Origin: a virus
Reading direction: 5' to 3' (one strand)
DNA length: 64,000 nt
IMG/VR virus record: IMGVR_UViG_3300036851_000218
Location: 1-64,000 of that record
Shown: positions 15,735-25,890 of the stretch, one piece after another
How positions within the stretch are numbered: the stretch's first letter is position 1
How the letters are laid out: every line of letters starts with the position of its first letter
The notes under the pieces: model-generated
Told to the model about the DNA's origin: nothing
Seen by the model: only the letters and a program-made list of their open reading frames with translations
Databases searched by the model: none
Position numbers and translations under genes: made by a program

Positions 15735-15966
15735 GTATGAAATAAAACATCTGTTCAGACTTATAGTGGAATTAGATGACTTAGAAAAACATTGGTATGA
15801 ATTAAGCCAAGCAACCTATGGCTTCTCACTCCACCTTGACGCTGTAGAACGACAAATTCAGGACAAAGAACAAACAATACTTGATACTATCCGCGCATTT
15901 AAGTACGTCAATGAGTATCCAGAAGAGGTTAAAAATTACAACAAAGTGGCTCAACCGGAGTGTTAA
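15706..15966 (+). CDS. hypothetical protein
   Basis: Coupled ORF, start uncertain. Confidence 0.55.
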   Translation: MKIMHYKLAEYEIKHLFRLIVELDDLEKHWYELSQATYGFSLHLDAVERQIQDKEQTILDTIRAFKYVNEYPEEVKNYNKVAQPEC

Positions 15967-16174
15967 AGAGGTACACGCTTTAATAAAACAAAACAAACGT
16001 CTAGCGTGTCGAATACATATTGATGGTAAAGACCGTACCGTAATGTTTATCCGCAAAGTTGGCAACAGCTTTGAAGTTACCTATCAGAACAGCGACCTCA
16101 TAGGGGGAACGTCCAAAGATACTGAGATGATCGTATTACACCCATCCGATAATGTTCAAATCAATTTATTATAG
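15911..16174 (+). CDS. hypothetical protein
   Basis: ORF, start uncertain. Confidence 0.5.
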   Translation: MSIQKRLKITTKWLNRSVKEVHALIKQNKRLACRIHIDGKDRTVMFIRKVGNSFEVTYQNSDLIGGTSKDTEMIVLHPSDNVQINLL

Positions 16175-16183
16175 GAGTTTAGA

Positions 16184-16402
16184 ATGACACTACTTGCACG
16201 TGGACGCGGAGATGTTTTGGCTTACTGGCCTACCAGGGGAGAACGTATGATTGAGGTACTTGCTGCCACATCTGACTCACCTCGTTCTGTGTGGATTAAC
16301 CCACTCTGTACCCGCAAAGCACCGAACTTTGAATTGGCGCTACAAGAGGCAAAGGAGCTAGTCAACCAACAAACGGTATATTCAAAATTGCACTTGAAAT
16401 AA
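16184..16402 (+). CDS. hypothetical protein
   Basis: AGGAG RBS. Confidence 0.6.
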   Translation: MTLLARGRGDVLAYWPTRGERMIEVLAATSDSPRSVWINPLCTRKAPNFELALQEAKELVNQQTVYSKLHLK

Positions 16403-16422
16403 TTTTCAACCTGTGGTAAGAT
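16394..16422 (+). promoter_or_regulatory. sigma70-type promoter
   Basis: TTGAAA-17 nt-TAAGAT, TGTGn. Confidence 0.65.
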
Positions 16423-16455
16423 ACAAATTCAAACTATTCAATCTATGGAGAAAAA

Positions 16456-17715
16456 ATGACTACTAACGACCTAGTACATACACCTGATTATTTGATCGAC
16501 ATGCTGGAAACCGAAGCACAGACCGGATCAACCGATCTGTTCCGCAGCGACGACAGCGAACGACTTCCACCAATGCGCCGTATTGAATTCCCGCAGCAGA
16601 ACTCCCGTAAGCACGGTGGGCAAGCGGGTAAGATTTTTATCAGCGGCTTGACGGCTGACCAGGAAGGCGAATACGTAGATTACATCGACCTGCTGTTGGT
16701 TGATCCGCTGGTTATCGGACGTGATGATGCTACCGACTGGATGCAAAAAGACGGCAACATCATGAACCACATGCCTTACGGCGGACGTACTATGTGGGAA
16801 TTTGATGAACAAGGCAAGCGTGTCAGTTCATCCGAAGCACCTGTATGTTCGTCCAATAATGGGCTTGAACCCTGGCGGCAGTATCGTGACAAAGAATATT
16901 TTGACTACCGCACGAAAGAAACTCACCGAATTGGCTGGACGAAAGATGAAGCAGGCGCACCCGTACCAATGCCAAATGCTTGCGTCGGTTGCCCCTTTGC
17001 TCAGGATGTGACTGTACCTGTGGGTGTTGATGCCGAAGGTAAGCCCGTCACCAAATGGTTCAGTTCGATGTGCCGTGAAAGCTATACCTACGTGGTATGG
17101 GATGTGGATCGCAAAGAACTGATGACTTTGAAAGCAGTCAACCTGGGTATGCAATTCGCTCTGACTGGTCGCCGCAACAAAGCTGGACGGCGTTATGATG
17201 GTGAAGAATTTAAAGGAATCCGCCATTACTTCTCACACCTGGGTGGCTTCTGGACTAGCCCTGATACGGGTAAACGTTATCCTACATTCAGCAACCGTCC
17301 ACAAGGTAAGCCCTCAGTGGATAATCCAAATGCTCCCGTCCATCCGGTTCGTATGACTGTGACTTTGAACAACTTTGACCCTAACACCTACGTGCCTAAC
17401 TTCACCGTTCTGGACGGCAAAGGCAACAAGATGATCCTGGGTGTCAATCCTAAAAAGGGCATGGTTGATGGTTCGGTTATGATTGAGGGGGGTGAACGCA
17501 CGATGACACCCGAAGAGTATGTCGCCTATCTGAAAGACCAACAGATGTTCATTCAGGACGACATGAAAAATCGTATGATGGCTATGTATCTGGTTACTCG
17601 TACTGATGTTCCCGCAACTTTCGAACGACAGTTACCGGCTGGTGCAGCCGAAGGCGCTCAACTGCCTGCCACTACACCTGCGGATACAACGGCTGATTAC
17701 GACAATCCGTTTTAA
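16456..17715 (+). CDS. putative ssDNA-binding protein
   Basis: Acidic C-terminal tip DYDNPF; CSSNNG...CVGCP...C; own promoter and terminator; heads the replication module. Confidence 0.55.
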   Translation: MTTNDLVHTPDYLIDMLETEAQTGSTDLFRSDDSERLPPMRRIEFPQQNSRKHGGQAGKIFISGLTADQEGEYVDYIDLLLVDPLVIGRDDATDWMQKDGNIMNHMPYGGRTMWEFDEQGKRVSSSEAPVCSSNNGLEPWRQYRDKEYFDYRTKETHRIGWTKDEAGAPVPMPNACVGCPFAQDVTVPVGVDAEGKPVTKWFSSMCRESYTYVVWDVDRKELMTLKAVNLGMQFALTGRRNKAGRRYDGEEFKGIRHYFSHLGGFWTSPDTGKRYPTFSNRPQGKPSVDNPNAPVHPVRMTVTLNNFDPNTYVPNFTVLDGKGNKMILGVNPKKGMVDGSVMIEGGERTMTPEEYVAYLKDQQMFIQDDMKNRMMAMYLVTRTDVPATFERQLPAGAAEGAQLPATTPADTTADYDNPF

Positions 17716-17720
17716 TAATT

Positions 17721-17750
17721 AGAGGGGGCGTAATTGCCCCCGTCTCTTTT
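17721..17750 (+). terminator. intrinsic terminator
   Basis: AGAGGGGGCG-TAAT-TGCCCCCGTCT-CTTTT. Confidence 0.7.
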
Positions 17751-17763
17751 AATAGGAGGAGCT

Positions 17764-18066
17764 ATGCTGCATGTAATAGCTTTACTCATATCTTTACGCA
17801 TCCTATTTCGGTTTCATTTCCGCCGACTTACGGGGAATACATCTAGCTGGACTACAGCGGTGGTGGCTGACCAACTAAACGAACAGGCAGCTAAACTACA
17901 ACATCATTCTCCTTATTCTACTATCCGGCGTTTAATATATTATTGGATCATATGGAACTCTCGCGTCGTTCACCCCACCCTTGAAGGTTGGAACACTGCA
18001 CAGTGGGTGTTTTGGGCGAACAAATGGTATGCGGAGGTTAAAGCAAATAACAGGGTGGGTTTATGA
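17764..18066 (+). CDS. hypothetical membrane protein
   Basis: GGAGGA RBS; hydrophobic N-terminus. Confidence 0.55.
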   Translation: MLHVIALLISLRILFRFHFRRLTGNTSSWTTAVVADQLNEQAAKLQHHSPYSTIRRLIYYWIIWNSRVVHPTLEGWNTAQWVFWANKWYAEVKANNRVGL

Positions 18067-18557
18067 TTACGATTAATACAATGTTGTCCGGCTCACCTTT
18101 ACACGGGGCGGTGACGATAAACGTATTTGGTGACTTTTATGTAGATGATGAAATTAATTTTTACGCAAACTTAACAGGTTCTAATGTAACCTGGGTAGAC
18201 AGTGAAGTTTATACTGGCTGTGAACTGAGTTCTGATTTTAAATTTCGGGACGGTGAATGGCTGTTAGACGAACTTGGTATCTTTGTTCCATCCACTAACG
18301 ACAGGGCGGCATGGAGTCGTCGGATCGACACCCAAGTTATCCGTGATGAGGATATATCAAAGCAAGATCAACGTATAGTCGAACACCTGCTTAAAAGTAT
18401 CCGTTCAGCAGGAAGACCGGAAACCTTAAAAAAGTTACGAGATGGGGTTATCAAAGATCGCGTGGATGTTTACGCTAGCCGAATCATCACTCTCGAAAAT
18501 GAAATATCAGCGTTAGCACGTAAGCTGACACGGTATCAGGATATGCTTCATGGTTAG
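18063..18557 (+). CDS. hypothetical protein
   Basis: ATGA overlap. Confidence 0.65.
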   Translation: MITINTMLSGSPLHGAVTINVFGDFYVDDEINFYANLTGSNVTWVDSEVYTGCELSSDFKFRDGEWLLDELGIFVPSTNDRAAWSRRIDTQVIRDEDISKQDQRIVEHLLKSIRSAGRPETLKKLRDGVIKDRVDVYASRIITLENEISALARKLTRYQDMLHG

Positions 18558-19245
18558 TAATAATATTGCTCAAATAATCCACATACCAGGAGGTCGAGTT
18601 GCAGCCAATCCGTTTGATTTTTATGACACGCCCAGGCATTTCATATCGGCTGTTCTCGACATACTACCAAGCAGCTTCTCGCCAACGAAGATACTCGATC
18701 CAGGCGCGGGTGGCGGTGGATGGGGATACATGGCGCGTTATAAATGGCCTGCGTCACACATCGAAGGCATTGAAATCCGAGAAGATGTGGTTGCACCACC
18801 GACGGGTATCTACGACGTTTGGCGCACGATGGATTTCCGCCAATACGTTCCTGATTCGTCGTTCGATCTCGTAGTCGGCAACCCGCCCTACAGTATCGTG
18901 GACGGTAAGCGGGATAACCTACTTGCAGAAAAGTTTATACGGACTGGTTTAGAAGCGGTTCGGGAAAATGGATTGGTATTCTACCTGCTTAAGACGGTGT
19001 TTCTGGAAGGTTCGGGGCGTGGATTAGGTTTATTCACTGAGATGCCACCCAACTATATGTTCCAGTCTATCAGCCGTATCCCGTTCCGTCCTGACTTGGG
19101 TAACAAAACAAATGCGGTTGCCTACTGCATGATGCTGTGGCAAAAGGGCAACGTAGCGTCGGAAACAAAAATTAGATGGTTTGATTGGCGGTTGGGTGGT
19201 AAGCTAGAGTATGTACGGGACTACCCTGCCTTAGAATTAAAGTAG
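18550..19245 (+). CDS. DNA amino (N6-adenine) methyltransferase
   Basis: DFYDTP, ILDPGAGGG SAM motif, VVGNPPY catalytic motif. Confidence 0.85.
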   Translation: MVSNNIAQIIHIPGGRVAANPFDFYDTPRHFISAVLDILPSSFSPTKILDPGAGGGGWGYMARYKWPASHIEGIEIREDVVAPPTGIYDVWRTMDFRQYVPDSSFDLVVGNPPYSIVDGKRDNLLAEKFIRTGLEAVRENGLVFYLLKTVFLEGSGRGLGLFTEMPPNYMFQSISRIPFRPDLGNKTNAVAYCMMLWQKGNVASETKIRWFDWRLGGKLEYVRDYPALELK

Positions 19246-19251
19246 ATTTAT

Positions 19252-22200
19252 ATGACAAAAATTGGAAATGTCACTGAACTGCTGACATTATGGCCTGATG
19301 AAGTAGTACCTAAAAGGGCAAGAGACGAAGTACACGTTCCTTGCCCTTTCTGCCCTGTTGTAGATCAATCTGATACGTATTATAAAAATGGTGTATCTTT
19401 CGTTGGTGACGACAGGTTTAAAATTTTCTCTGATGGACATGCGTGGTGCAATGTATGCGGTAGGGAAGGACGAGGCCATAATGGTGTTTATTTATTACCT
19501 GAGATAGCCCAACGTCTTGTTTTTGATGTAGCTGCACAATTTGATATTACACCGCTAGAACGAATTGTTGTACCTTTATCCACCATTGGCGAATTTGATC
19601 TGACACTGGCACATGCGTTGGTGCATCGAGATTACTGGTACAAGTTCGGATGGGATGATGTAACGATTGACTACTTCCGCTTGGGTTATTATGAGATGTA
19701 CCACGTGGATGGTCCGGTTCATGTTATCCCGATGGAAGTCAGAACTGATGAGGATGGTTCGGAAGTTAAATGGTTTCTGGAAGGCCGCAACCCCGATCCA
19801 CAGGAGGGTCAAGCCAAGACTAAGCGATTACGCGGATCAAGCCGTAATTATTTCTGGCACATTAACACCGACCCATCTGATAGGATGGTAGTGCTGGTAG
19901 AAGGTGCGAAGGATGCTGTAAGCGCCTATCATCTAGGTTATAAGAACATCGTAGCTAACCTGGGAACAGGCACATGGACGATGCGTAAGACGGCTTTCCT
20001 GAAACGTTTTGGCTATCAGAAATTTATCATCTTTGGGGATAACGATCCGGCGGGACAGGATTTCAGTCTTAAAGGTTATATATGGGCTGACAGATTGGGG
20101 CTTGACACCCAGGTAATTAAGTGGACAGACGACAAACGTGAGAACTACGACCTTACCAATTTACTGGAAGAAAACGGGGTAGAACAAACCCGCTTATACA
20201 TACAGGATAACCTATATAAACCAAATATATCCCAAGAAGTAACCGCATCCAAACCTGTATTCATCCAAGACTTCCGTGAGGTTGACCCGTTTTACGAGCC
20301 TGAAAAATTAAATCTTATTACGTTAGACGACATTCGTGGTGATGGCGACCTGTCAATGCGCTCCGCTATCCGCCGCTACATAACATCTTATTCATCCCGC
20401 AAACGTAGAGGGCATGGCATCCTGCTGCTGTTAAACGCACCACCTGGGTCGGGTAAAACCCATGTCATGGTAGAGACTGCCGAGCAAGCTGCGTTAGAAT
20501 CAATGCGCCGTAAGGCCGAAGAATGGCAAAAACTCACTGAGGATTATAATGACGCACTTAAAGCAATCGACTTGGCAGACGATCCAGAAGAGAAGGATGT
20601 TAACCGCAAGGTTTCAGAAAATATTAAGAGACGCATCGAAGCGTTCTCCCAGGCCGCTGTACTCTGGTCAACTCAATACAAATCGGGATTTGATAACTCG
20701 GTGGATGTCCCTATAGACCACGAATTGTGGTTCGAATTTGAAGCCCGTAACATTAACAACTGTGCTAACTACGAAGTTGCCACAACGTTAGGACAATTTA
20801 ATCACAATGTCGGGGCATATTGTGCCGTTGCTTGCCCTATGCGGGATGCTTGTAAGAAGCGGGGCTACTTAGCCCAGGACACCGAACGTCGCAGCAAGCC
20901 GATTACGGTGGTACGACACCAGCATTTACGTGACAGTAATATGCTATCAGATTATACTGATCTGGTGTTGATCGATGAGTCGCCACTTGGTATTATCGAC
21001 ACACCGATGTACTTTGAACCAGGGGATTTCCGTCCCCACATCTCCGGTTGGGAGATGGAAGTGGCGGATGGCGAAATGGTACACGCAATTAACCTGTTTG
21101 AAAAGGCGCTGCGTTCTGCTATCCAATCCAATTCTGGTGAGCCGCAGCAGTTTGAAAACAAGCTACCTAATGAACGCTACATGATTAGTGGTTCGAAGTT
21201 CCTGGCGCTGATTGATAGCAATCTGAAAGCCAGCAGCAGCGGGGCATTCGATCTGACACGGGTGGCGACTAAAATTGATCCGAAAATTCTGCATGATATT
21301 TATCAGCCGAGTTTTCTGAATGGTAACATCAATGCTATCCAGCGCCGTTGTATGCCGTTTGTGTTTGATGCCATCCTGAAAGAGTTCGAACATTATAAAG
21401 TCGATCCAGATAATGAATTCCCTTCCGCGCTGCATCTGGTGGCAGGTGTGCTGGAAGTGTACGAGAATGACTCACTTAAGATCAACGCTTCAACGCCTGT
21501 GATGGTAGCCGATGCAACCGCCGATATGCCTGAACTGTATGCAGGCGCATTCAACCGTGAACTGGACATCTATGCGCCAAAGGTTCGGAATGACAACGCC
21601 CACATTGTTGTGGTGACAGGTAGTGATTGGACACGGGGAGAATTGGAACGCAAGATGGGCAGGCAGATACGGGATCGTGCCAACCGTAAGGCTGAATTTG
21701 TTCAGAATATGGCAGGTGAGAAATTCTACCTGCATGATATACCTACCAATCCTAATTTATACGATAATAATAGTCTACTAAAGGATTACGCAGATGCTAT
21801 ATATTCCCTGGTCGAACATCATTCGTCTGTACTCGTTGTCATCCATAAAAAAGTGCGTGATATTCTTGAAGATGTGTTCCGGTATAAATATCCTGCGGCT
21901 AATGCTAAAATATCCTGGGGACATTACGGTGCGCTTCGCGGGACTAACCAGTATAAAAGTTGTGATGCAGTGGTCTTACTTGGAGTCTCAAGAATTCCTT
22001 ATGATGTGGTATGGCGAAAAGTACAAGCCTGGGCAAGTCTACTTCAAATTGACACGCCTATTAAGTATCAGTTCGTTTACAAACCCAGGCCGTATCACGG
22101 TCAATATACAGGTCACTCATTCCGAACATTCGAACATCCATTTGCCCAACGCTATGTAGACATGGTGGAAGAGGGCGAAATGATCCAGTCGATGGAACGT

Positions 22201-22497
22201 ATTCGCCCTCATGCAACCACCGATGAGAAACACATTTATATCTTTGCCAGCCGTCCAGTAGGCCAGCATGTGACCACTGTGACGACTAAGACCCAGGTGC
22301 TTAATCTGTTCCGCAGTGACAGCAGCTTGAACCGTGTTAAAGACTATATGAGCAGCTATTATACTGAGTGTGGTAAGTTCCCAACCAAGCGTGAAGTAAT
22401 GACCGCATTAAAGTGCGGCTACGAAACCTACAAAGAAGCTCGATCCTTGACAGAAAATGAATTAGGGATTAGAATAGTCAGACAACGAAGACGATAA
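19252..22497 (+). CDS. Toprim primase fused to SF2-like helicase
   Basis: CPFC/CNVC Zn finger; VEGAKD, GDNDPAG Toprim; APPGSGKT Walker A; LIDESP Walker B; QSMERIR motif VI. Confidence 0.85.
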   Translation: MTKIGNVTELLTLWPDEVVPKRARDEVHVPCPFCPVVDQSDTYYKNGVSFVGDDRFKIFSDGHAWCNVCGREGRGHNGVYLLPEIAQRLVFDVAAQFDITPLERIVVPLSTIGEFDLTLAHALVHRDYWYKFGWDDVTIDYFRLGYYEMYHVDGPVHVIPMEVRTDEDGSEVKWFLEGRNPDPQEGQAKTKRLRGSSRNYFWHINTDPSDRMVVLVEGAKDAVSAYHLGYKNIVANLGTGTWTMRKTAFLKRFGYQKFIIFGDNDPAGQDFSLKGYIWADRLGLDTQVIKWTDDKRENYDLTNLLEENGVEQTRLYIQDNLYKPNISQEVTASKPVFIQDFREVDPFYEPEKLNLITLDDIRGDGDLSMRSAIRRYITSYSSRKRRGHGILLLLNAPPGSGKTHVMVETAEQAALESMRRKAEEWQKLTEDYNDALKAIDLADDPEEKDVNRKVSENIKRRIEAFSQAAVLWSTQYKSGFDNSVDVPIDHELWFEFEARNINNCANYEVATTLGQFNHNVGAYCAVACPMRDACKKRGYLAQDTERRSKPITVVRHQHLRDSNMLSDYTDLVLIDESPLGIIDTPMYFEPGDFRPHISGWEMEVADGEMVHAINLFEKALRSAIQSNSGEPQQFENKLPNERYMISGSKFLALIDSNLKASSSGAFDLTRVATKIDPKILHDIYQPSFLNGNINAIQRRCMPFVFDAILKEFEHYKVDPDNEFPSALHLVAGVLEVYENDSLKINASTPVMVADATADMPELYAGAFNRELDIYAPKVRNDNAHIVVVTGSDWTRGELERKMGRQIRDRANRKAEFVQNMAGEKFYLHDIPTNPNLYDNNSLLKDYADAIYSLVEHHSSVLVVIHKKVRDILEDVFRYKYPAANAKISWGHYGALRGTNQYKSCDAVVLLGVSRIPYDVVWRKVQAWASLLQIDTPIKYQFVYKPRPYHGQYTGHSFRTFEHPFAQRYVDMVEEGEMIQSMERIRPHATTDEKHIYIFASRPVGQHVTTVTTKTQVLNLFRSDSSLNRVKDYMSSYYTECGKFPTKREVMTALKCGYETYKEARSLTENELGIRIVRQRRR

Positions 22498-22506
22498 GGA
22501 GTTATC

Positions 22507-22776
22507 ATGTTAGTCGATCTAAAATATCAATACAATGTTTATGTGTTCTCTGAATACGACGTTGACCACGAAAATCTTGAAGCCTTTATGCAGTGTTTAG
22601 ATTATGACTCAGTTGAAGATTTCGTCAGCCGAGAAGTCCGTCCGTTTTCCCAGGTGCATATCGTTAATCCAGTAAAATTCCCTGATTTCAAGATTGAGAA
22701 AATACACGACACGCCACCTACCCATATGCAGTATCCATTATTCAACGGATTTCCAATCGTTTACCTCTATAATTAA
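22507..22776 (+). CDS. hypothetical protein
   Basis: AAGGAG RBS. Confidence 0.6.
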   Translation: MLVDLKYQYNVYVFSEYDVDHENLEAFMQCLDYDSVEDFVSREVRPFSQVHIVNPVKFPDFKIEKIHDTPPTHMQYPLFNGFPIVYLYN

Positions 22777-22784
22777 GGACTATA

Positions 22785-23378
22785 ATGTTACCGCCACTCA
22801 ATTCTAGCAAGCAGGATTTGTTCGAAGCAATAGATGGGTTCAGTGATAACGCTAATGTCCTTCGCGTTGGTAGACATATTTACTTCTACGCTGATGTGGA
22901 TACTGACACCGCTTTAGAGTTAACCAAGTTGTTGCGGGAAGTAGATGGCGAAGTTGAGTGGGATAAAACAGCAGGGGCTTTAAAGCCCATAATCCTACAC
23001 ATTCAGTCAAACGGTGGCTACCTATCATCCGCCCTGGCTATAGCTGACATCATTGAGTCCCTTGACACCGCCGTTGTATCAGTCATTGAAGGGTGGGCAG
23101 CTAGTGCATCTACGATCATATCGACAGCCTGCGACAGTCGTAAAATCACCCGCAACTCAATCATGCTCATACATCAGTTCAGTGGATCGTTTTGGGGTAC
23201 ATATGAGCAGTTTAAAGACAACCAGAAATTACATGAAATTCAGATTGAGCAATTACGAAACTTTTATAGAGATCACTGTAAACTTGGAAAGAAAAAAATC
23301 ACTGAGATGCTCAAACATGATTACTGGATGAGCAGCAAAGAATCATTAGAACATGGATTTGTAGATGAGGTTGTATAA
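22785..23378 (+). CDS. clpP: ClpP-family protease
   Basis: LHIQSNGG, AASAS (Ser), MLIHQ (His), HDYWMSSKESLEHGFVD (Asp). Confidence 0.85.
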   Translation: MLPPLNSSKQDLFEAIDGFSDNANVLRVGRHIYFYADVDTDTALELTKLLREVDGEVEWDKTAGALKPIILHIQSNGGYLSSALAIADIIESLDTAVVSVIEGWAASASTIISTACDSRKITRNSIMLIHQFSGSFWGTYEQFKDNQKLHEIQIEQLRNFYRDHCKLGKKKITEMLKHDYWMSSKESLEHGFVDEVV

Positions 23379-23635
23379 TGGACAATGAATTCAGAATCAC
23401 AATCGATGTCGGTACAACCGAAGAGGGATTAGTTAAAATTCTGCTAGAGATGTTAAACTTAGTATCACATGAATATATAGATGCTGACGTATATTTTAGT
23501 TGGGCGGGAGATTGGACTGGTAATTTCATAGGAAGTTTTGATTTTATCCACTCAGGCTCAGTTAGAGAGGAAGCCGACGACATACTAAAAACTGCTGATA
23601 AGTGGTTAACAACTAAGTTGTTGGGGGTAACATGA
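23378..23635 (+). CDS. hypothetical protein
   Basis: TAATG coupling. Confidence 0.6.
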   Translation: MDNEFRITIDVGTTEEGLVKILLEMLNLVSHEYIDADVYFSWAGDWTGNFIGSFDFIHSGSVREEADDILKTADKWLTTKLLGVT

Positions 23636-23859
23636 AACGTTACGTTGTTCGCTGGTTTAAGAATGGTAAATTAGCTGGCATATTGGGTACAGACGATAAA
23701 GATGAAGCCCTAAAAGTTGCCGAAGTATACGCCAGTACCCCAGGAGCATCCAGCCTTGTACTTGACAATGTTGAACATAAAGACATAGCCGAATATTGGT
23801 ATGGAAGAGAACCCAATGAAAACATTTCAGAAAGAAAAGTTGGAGATACAGACGTATAA
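23632..23859 (+). CDS. hypothetical protein
   Basis: ATGA coupling. Confidence 0.6.
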   Translation: MKRYVVRWFKNGKLAGILGTDDKDEALKVAEVYASTPGASSLVLDNVEHKDIAEYWYGREPNENISERKVGDTDV

Positions 23860-23917
23860 AGTAATAGGATTTGTTATCGTCCTTGTAGTATATTTTCTTA
23901 TTAAATTCTATCGATAG
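23816..23917 (+). CDS. small TM protein (33 aa), not in ORF track
   Basis: MKTFQKEKLEIQTYKVIGFVIVLVVYFLIKFYR fills the gap before the helicase. Confidence 0.4.
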   Translation: MKTFQKEKLEIQTYKVIGFVIVLVVYFLIKFYR

Positions 23918-23925
23918 GCGGTAAC

Positions 23926-25884
23926 ATGCCAGTTACATTGCGGGACTACCAAGCGGACACGCTTGATGCTATTCAATTTCAGTGGCAGCGGGGCTACCAT
24001 TCAACACTGGCAGAACTCTTCACCAGCGCGGGTAAGACGGTTATCTTTGTTGAATATGTCAAGCGCCACATTAATCTAACCGACAAGCGGGTGTTGGTAA
24101 TGACACCCGCCCATTTGATCTTACAGACCAAGTTACGTTTCTTGCAATTCTATGCTGAGTTTGAGGGCTACACTAACACAGGCATCACTCAACGCCCGAC
24201 ATTAGGTGTTGAGATGGCAGAGTTTACAGAACCGCAAGCCCGTTTAGTAATTGGTTCTGTGCCGACAGTGATTGATCGTGTACCAAGTGATTTTGAACTC
24301 ATCACGCCGCAGGATTTAACTGTGTTGCCGGATGGCGGCATCGTTAAAAGTGCAACCAGTAAGCGCAAGGTTCTTATATCCAGGCGAGTAGATGAAATTC
24401 TTCGTTACGGCATGATCGATGAAATCATCTTTGATGAAGCCCATCACGCCGTTGCTCCTGGCGGTTTCTTGCTCATCAATCGGTTGTGGGACATCTGCCG
24501 CGCATTAGACAGACCACTGACCCGACTGATTGGCTTCACTGCTACTGCTTTCCGTGATGACGGAGTAGCATTGTCGAACCTTTTCCAGACAATCTGCATA
24601 CGCCGCAATCAGAAGTGGGCAGAAACACACGGTTTTGTCGCACCGCTGAAAGACCCAATCCGTGTTCATGCACAGATACCGATGGGTAAAGAGGACATCT
24701 TAAAGACCGACAATTGGGCTACCAGCATTGTACAGGCGTGGCAGGAGAAAGGTGAGAACCGACCAACCTTCGCTTACCTGCCCAACGTAGCTGCATCCAG
24801 GGCATTGAATGATGCTTTTCGTGATGCAGGTATAGCCAGCGCCCATGTAGACAGTAACACCACAATCGATATTGATGGCAGCGTACATGACAAAGATTAC
24901 CGCGACAACATCTTAAATAAAGTTGTCAAGGGTGAATGTAAAATTGTTAATAATTACGGCGTGTTCCTGGAAGGCACAGATTGCCCACCCGTATCGTGTA
25001 TGATATGGGCGCGAGAAACTGATAACGTCGTCCTGACAACCCAAGCAATCGGTAGAATCATTCGTCTATTTGACGGTAACGACTATCTGCCAGCCAAGCA
25101 GGATGCCCTCATTATCGATGTGACAGCGGGTGACTTAACAGTGTTAACCGCAGGTACATTAGCTGGCTACCGCATCGATCCACTCACAGGTTTGTACCAA
25201 CGGGTGGAAGACGATGAGGCCGAAGTAGAAACACTGGTAGATGGACGCGATATACGGGACACTCAGAAGGGTGTCATAACTTCTTCGGGTTTGATCTACT
25301 CGATTGGCAAACTGATCCGAAAATCGGGTAGTGACTGGTATCATGATGAACGCTTTGATGTTTTATCATTAGGAGTATCTGATAATGAGACACTTATTAT
25401 TGTACCTCCCTTTTACACCCTTGCTACCCTTCTCGGTCAGGTACTTTCTGCCATTGAGGAATCACTCGAAACTTCATTCTCGCAAGAAAAGTATAAAGAG
25501 TATGCCAATGTTGACTTCGCCAAACAAATGTTTGAGAATTACACATTATGGCACTATAAGAAAGGTGAAACCCCGAAAGAATTTGTACACAAAGATGTTT
25601 CCCTTGACCGACTGATGGACTTTGCTGTACCCTATATGAACGACGTAACCGATCTGCGTCAATCGTATGTCAGTAAATCGAGTAGCTGGAAACGCAAACC
25701 AATGTCAGATGCACAAAAGAAATTCTTGACAAACCTGTGCAACCGACATAGAATGGAAATTGACAGTCATTGGACACAAGGAGATGCCAGCCAGATTATT
25801 TCTCACCTGTTGTCTTTTAATGAAAATGTTCGACTCCGTATCGGTCAGATTTATAAATCTATGCAAAGGTACATAAATGGATAG
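23926..25884 (+). CDS. SF2 DEAH-box helicase
   Basis: LRDYQ Q-motif, TSAGKT, DEAHH, TAT, QAIGR. Confidence 0.9.
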   Translation: MPVTLRDYQADTLDAIQFQWQRGYHSTLAELFTSAGKTVIFVEYVKRHINLTDKRVLVMTPAHLILQTKLRFLQFYAEFEGYTNTGITQRPTLGVEMAEFTEPQARLVIGSVPTVIDRVPSDFELITPQDLTVLPDGGIVKSATSKRKVLISRRVDEILRYGMIDEIIFDEAHHAVAPGGFLLINRLWDICRALDRPLTRLIGFTATAFRDDGVALSNLFQTICIRRNQKWAETHGFVAPLKDPIRVHAQIPMGKEDILKTDNWATSIVQAWQEKGENRPTFAYLPNVAASRALNDAFRDAGIASAHVDSNTTIDIDGSVHDKDYRDNILNKVVKGECKIVNNYGVFLEGTDCPPVSCMIWARETDNVVLTTQAIGRIIRLFDGNDYLPAKQDALIIDVTAGDLTVLTAGTLAGYRIDPLTGLYQRVEDDEAEVETLVDGRDIRDTQKGVITSSGLIYSIGKLIRKSGSDWYHDERFDVLSLGVSDNETLIIVPPFYTLATLLGQVLSAIEESLETSFSQEKYKEYANVDFAKQMFENYTLWHYKKGETPKEFVHKDVSLDRLMDFAVPYMNDVTDLRQSYVSKSSSWKRKPMSDAQKKFLTNLCNRHRMEIDSHWTQGDASQIISHLLSFNENVRLRIGQIYKSMQRYING

Positions 25885-25890
25885 GATAAT

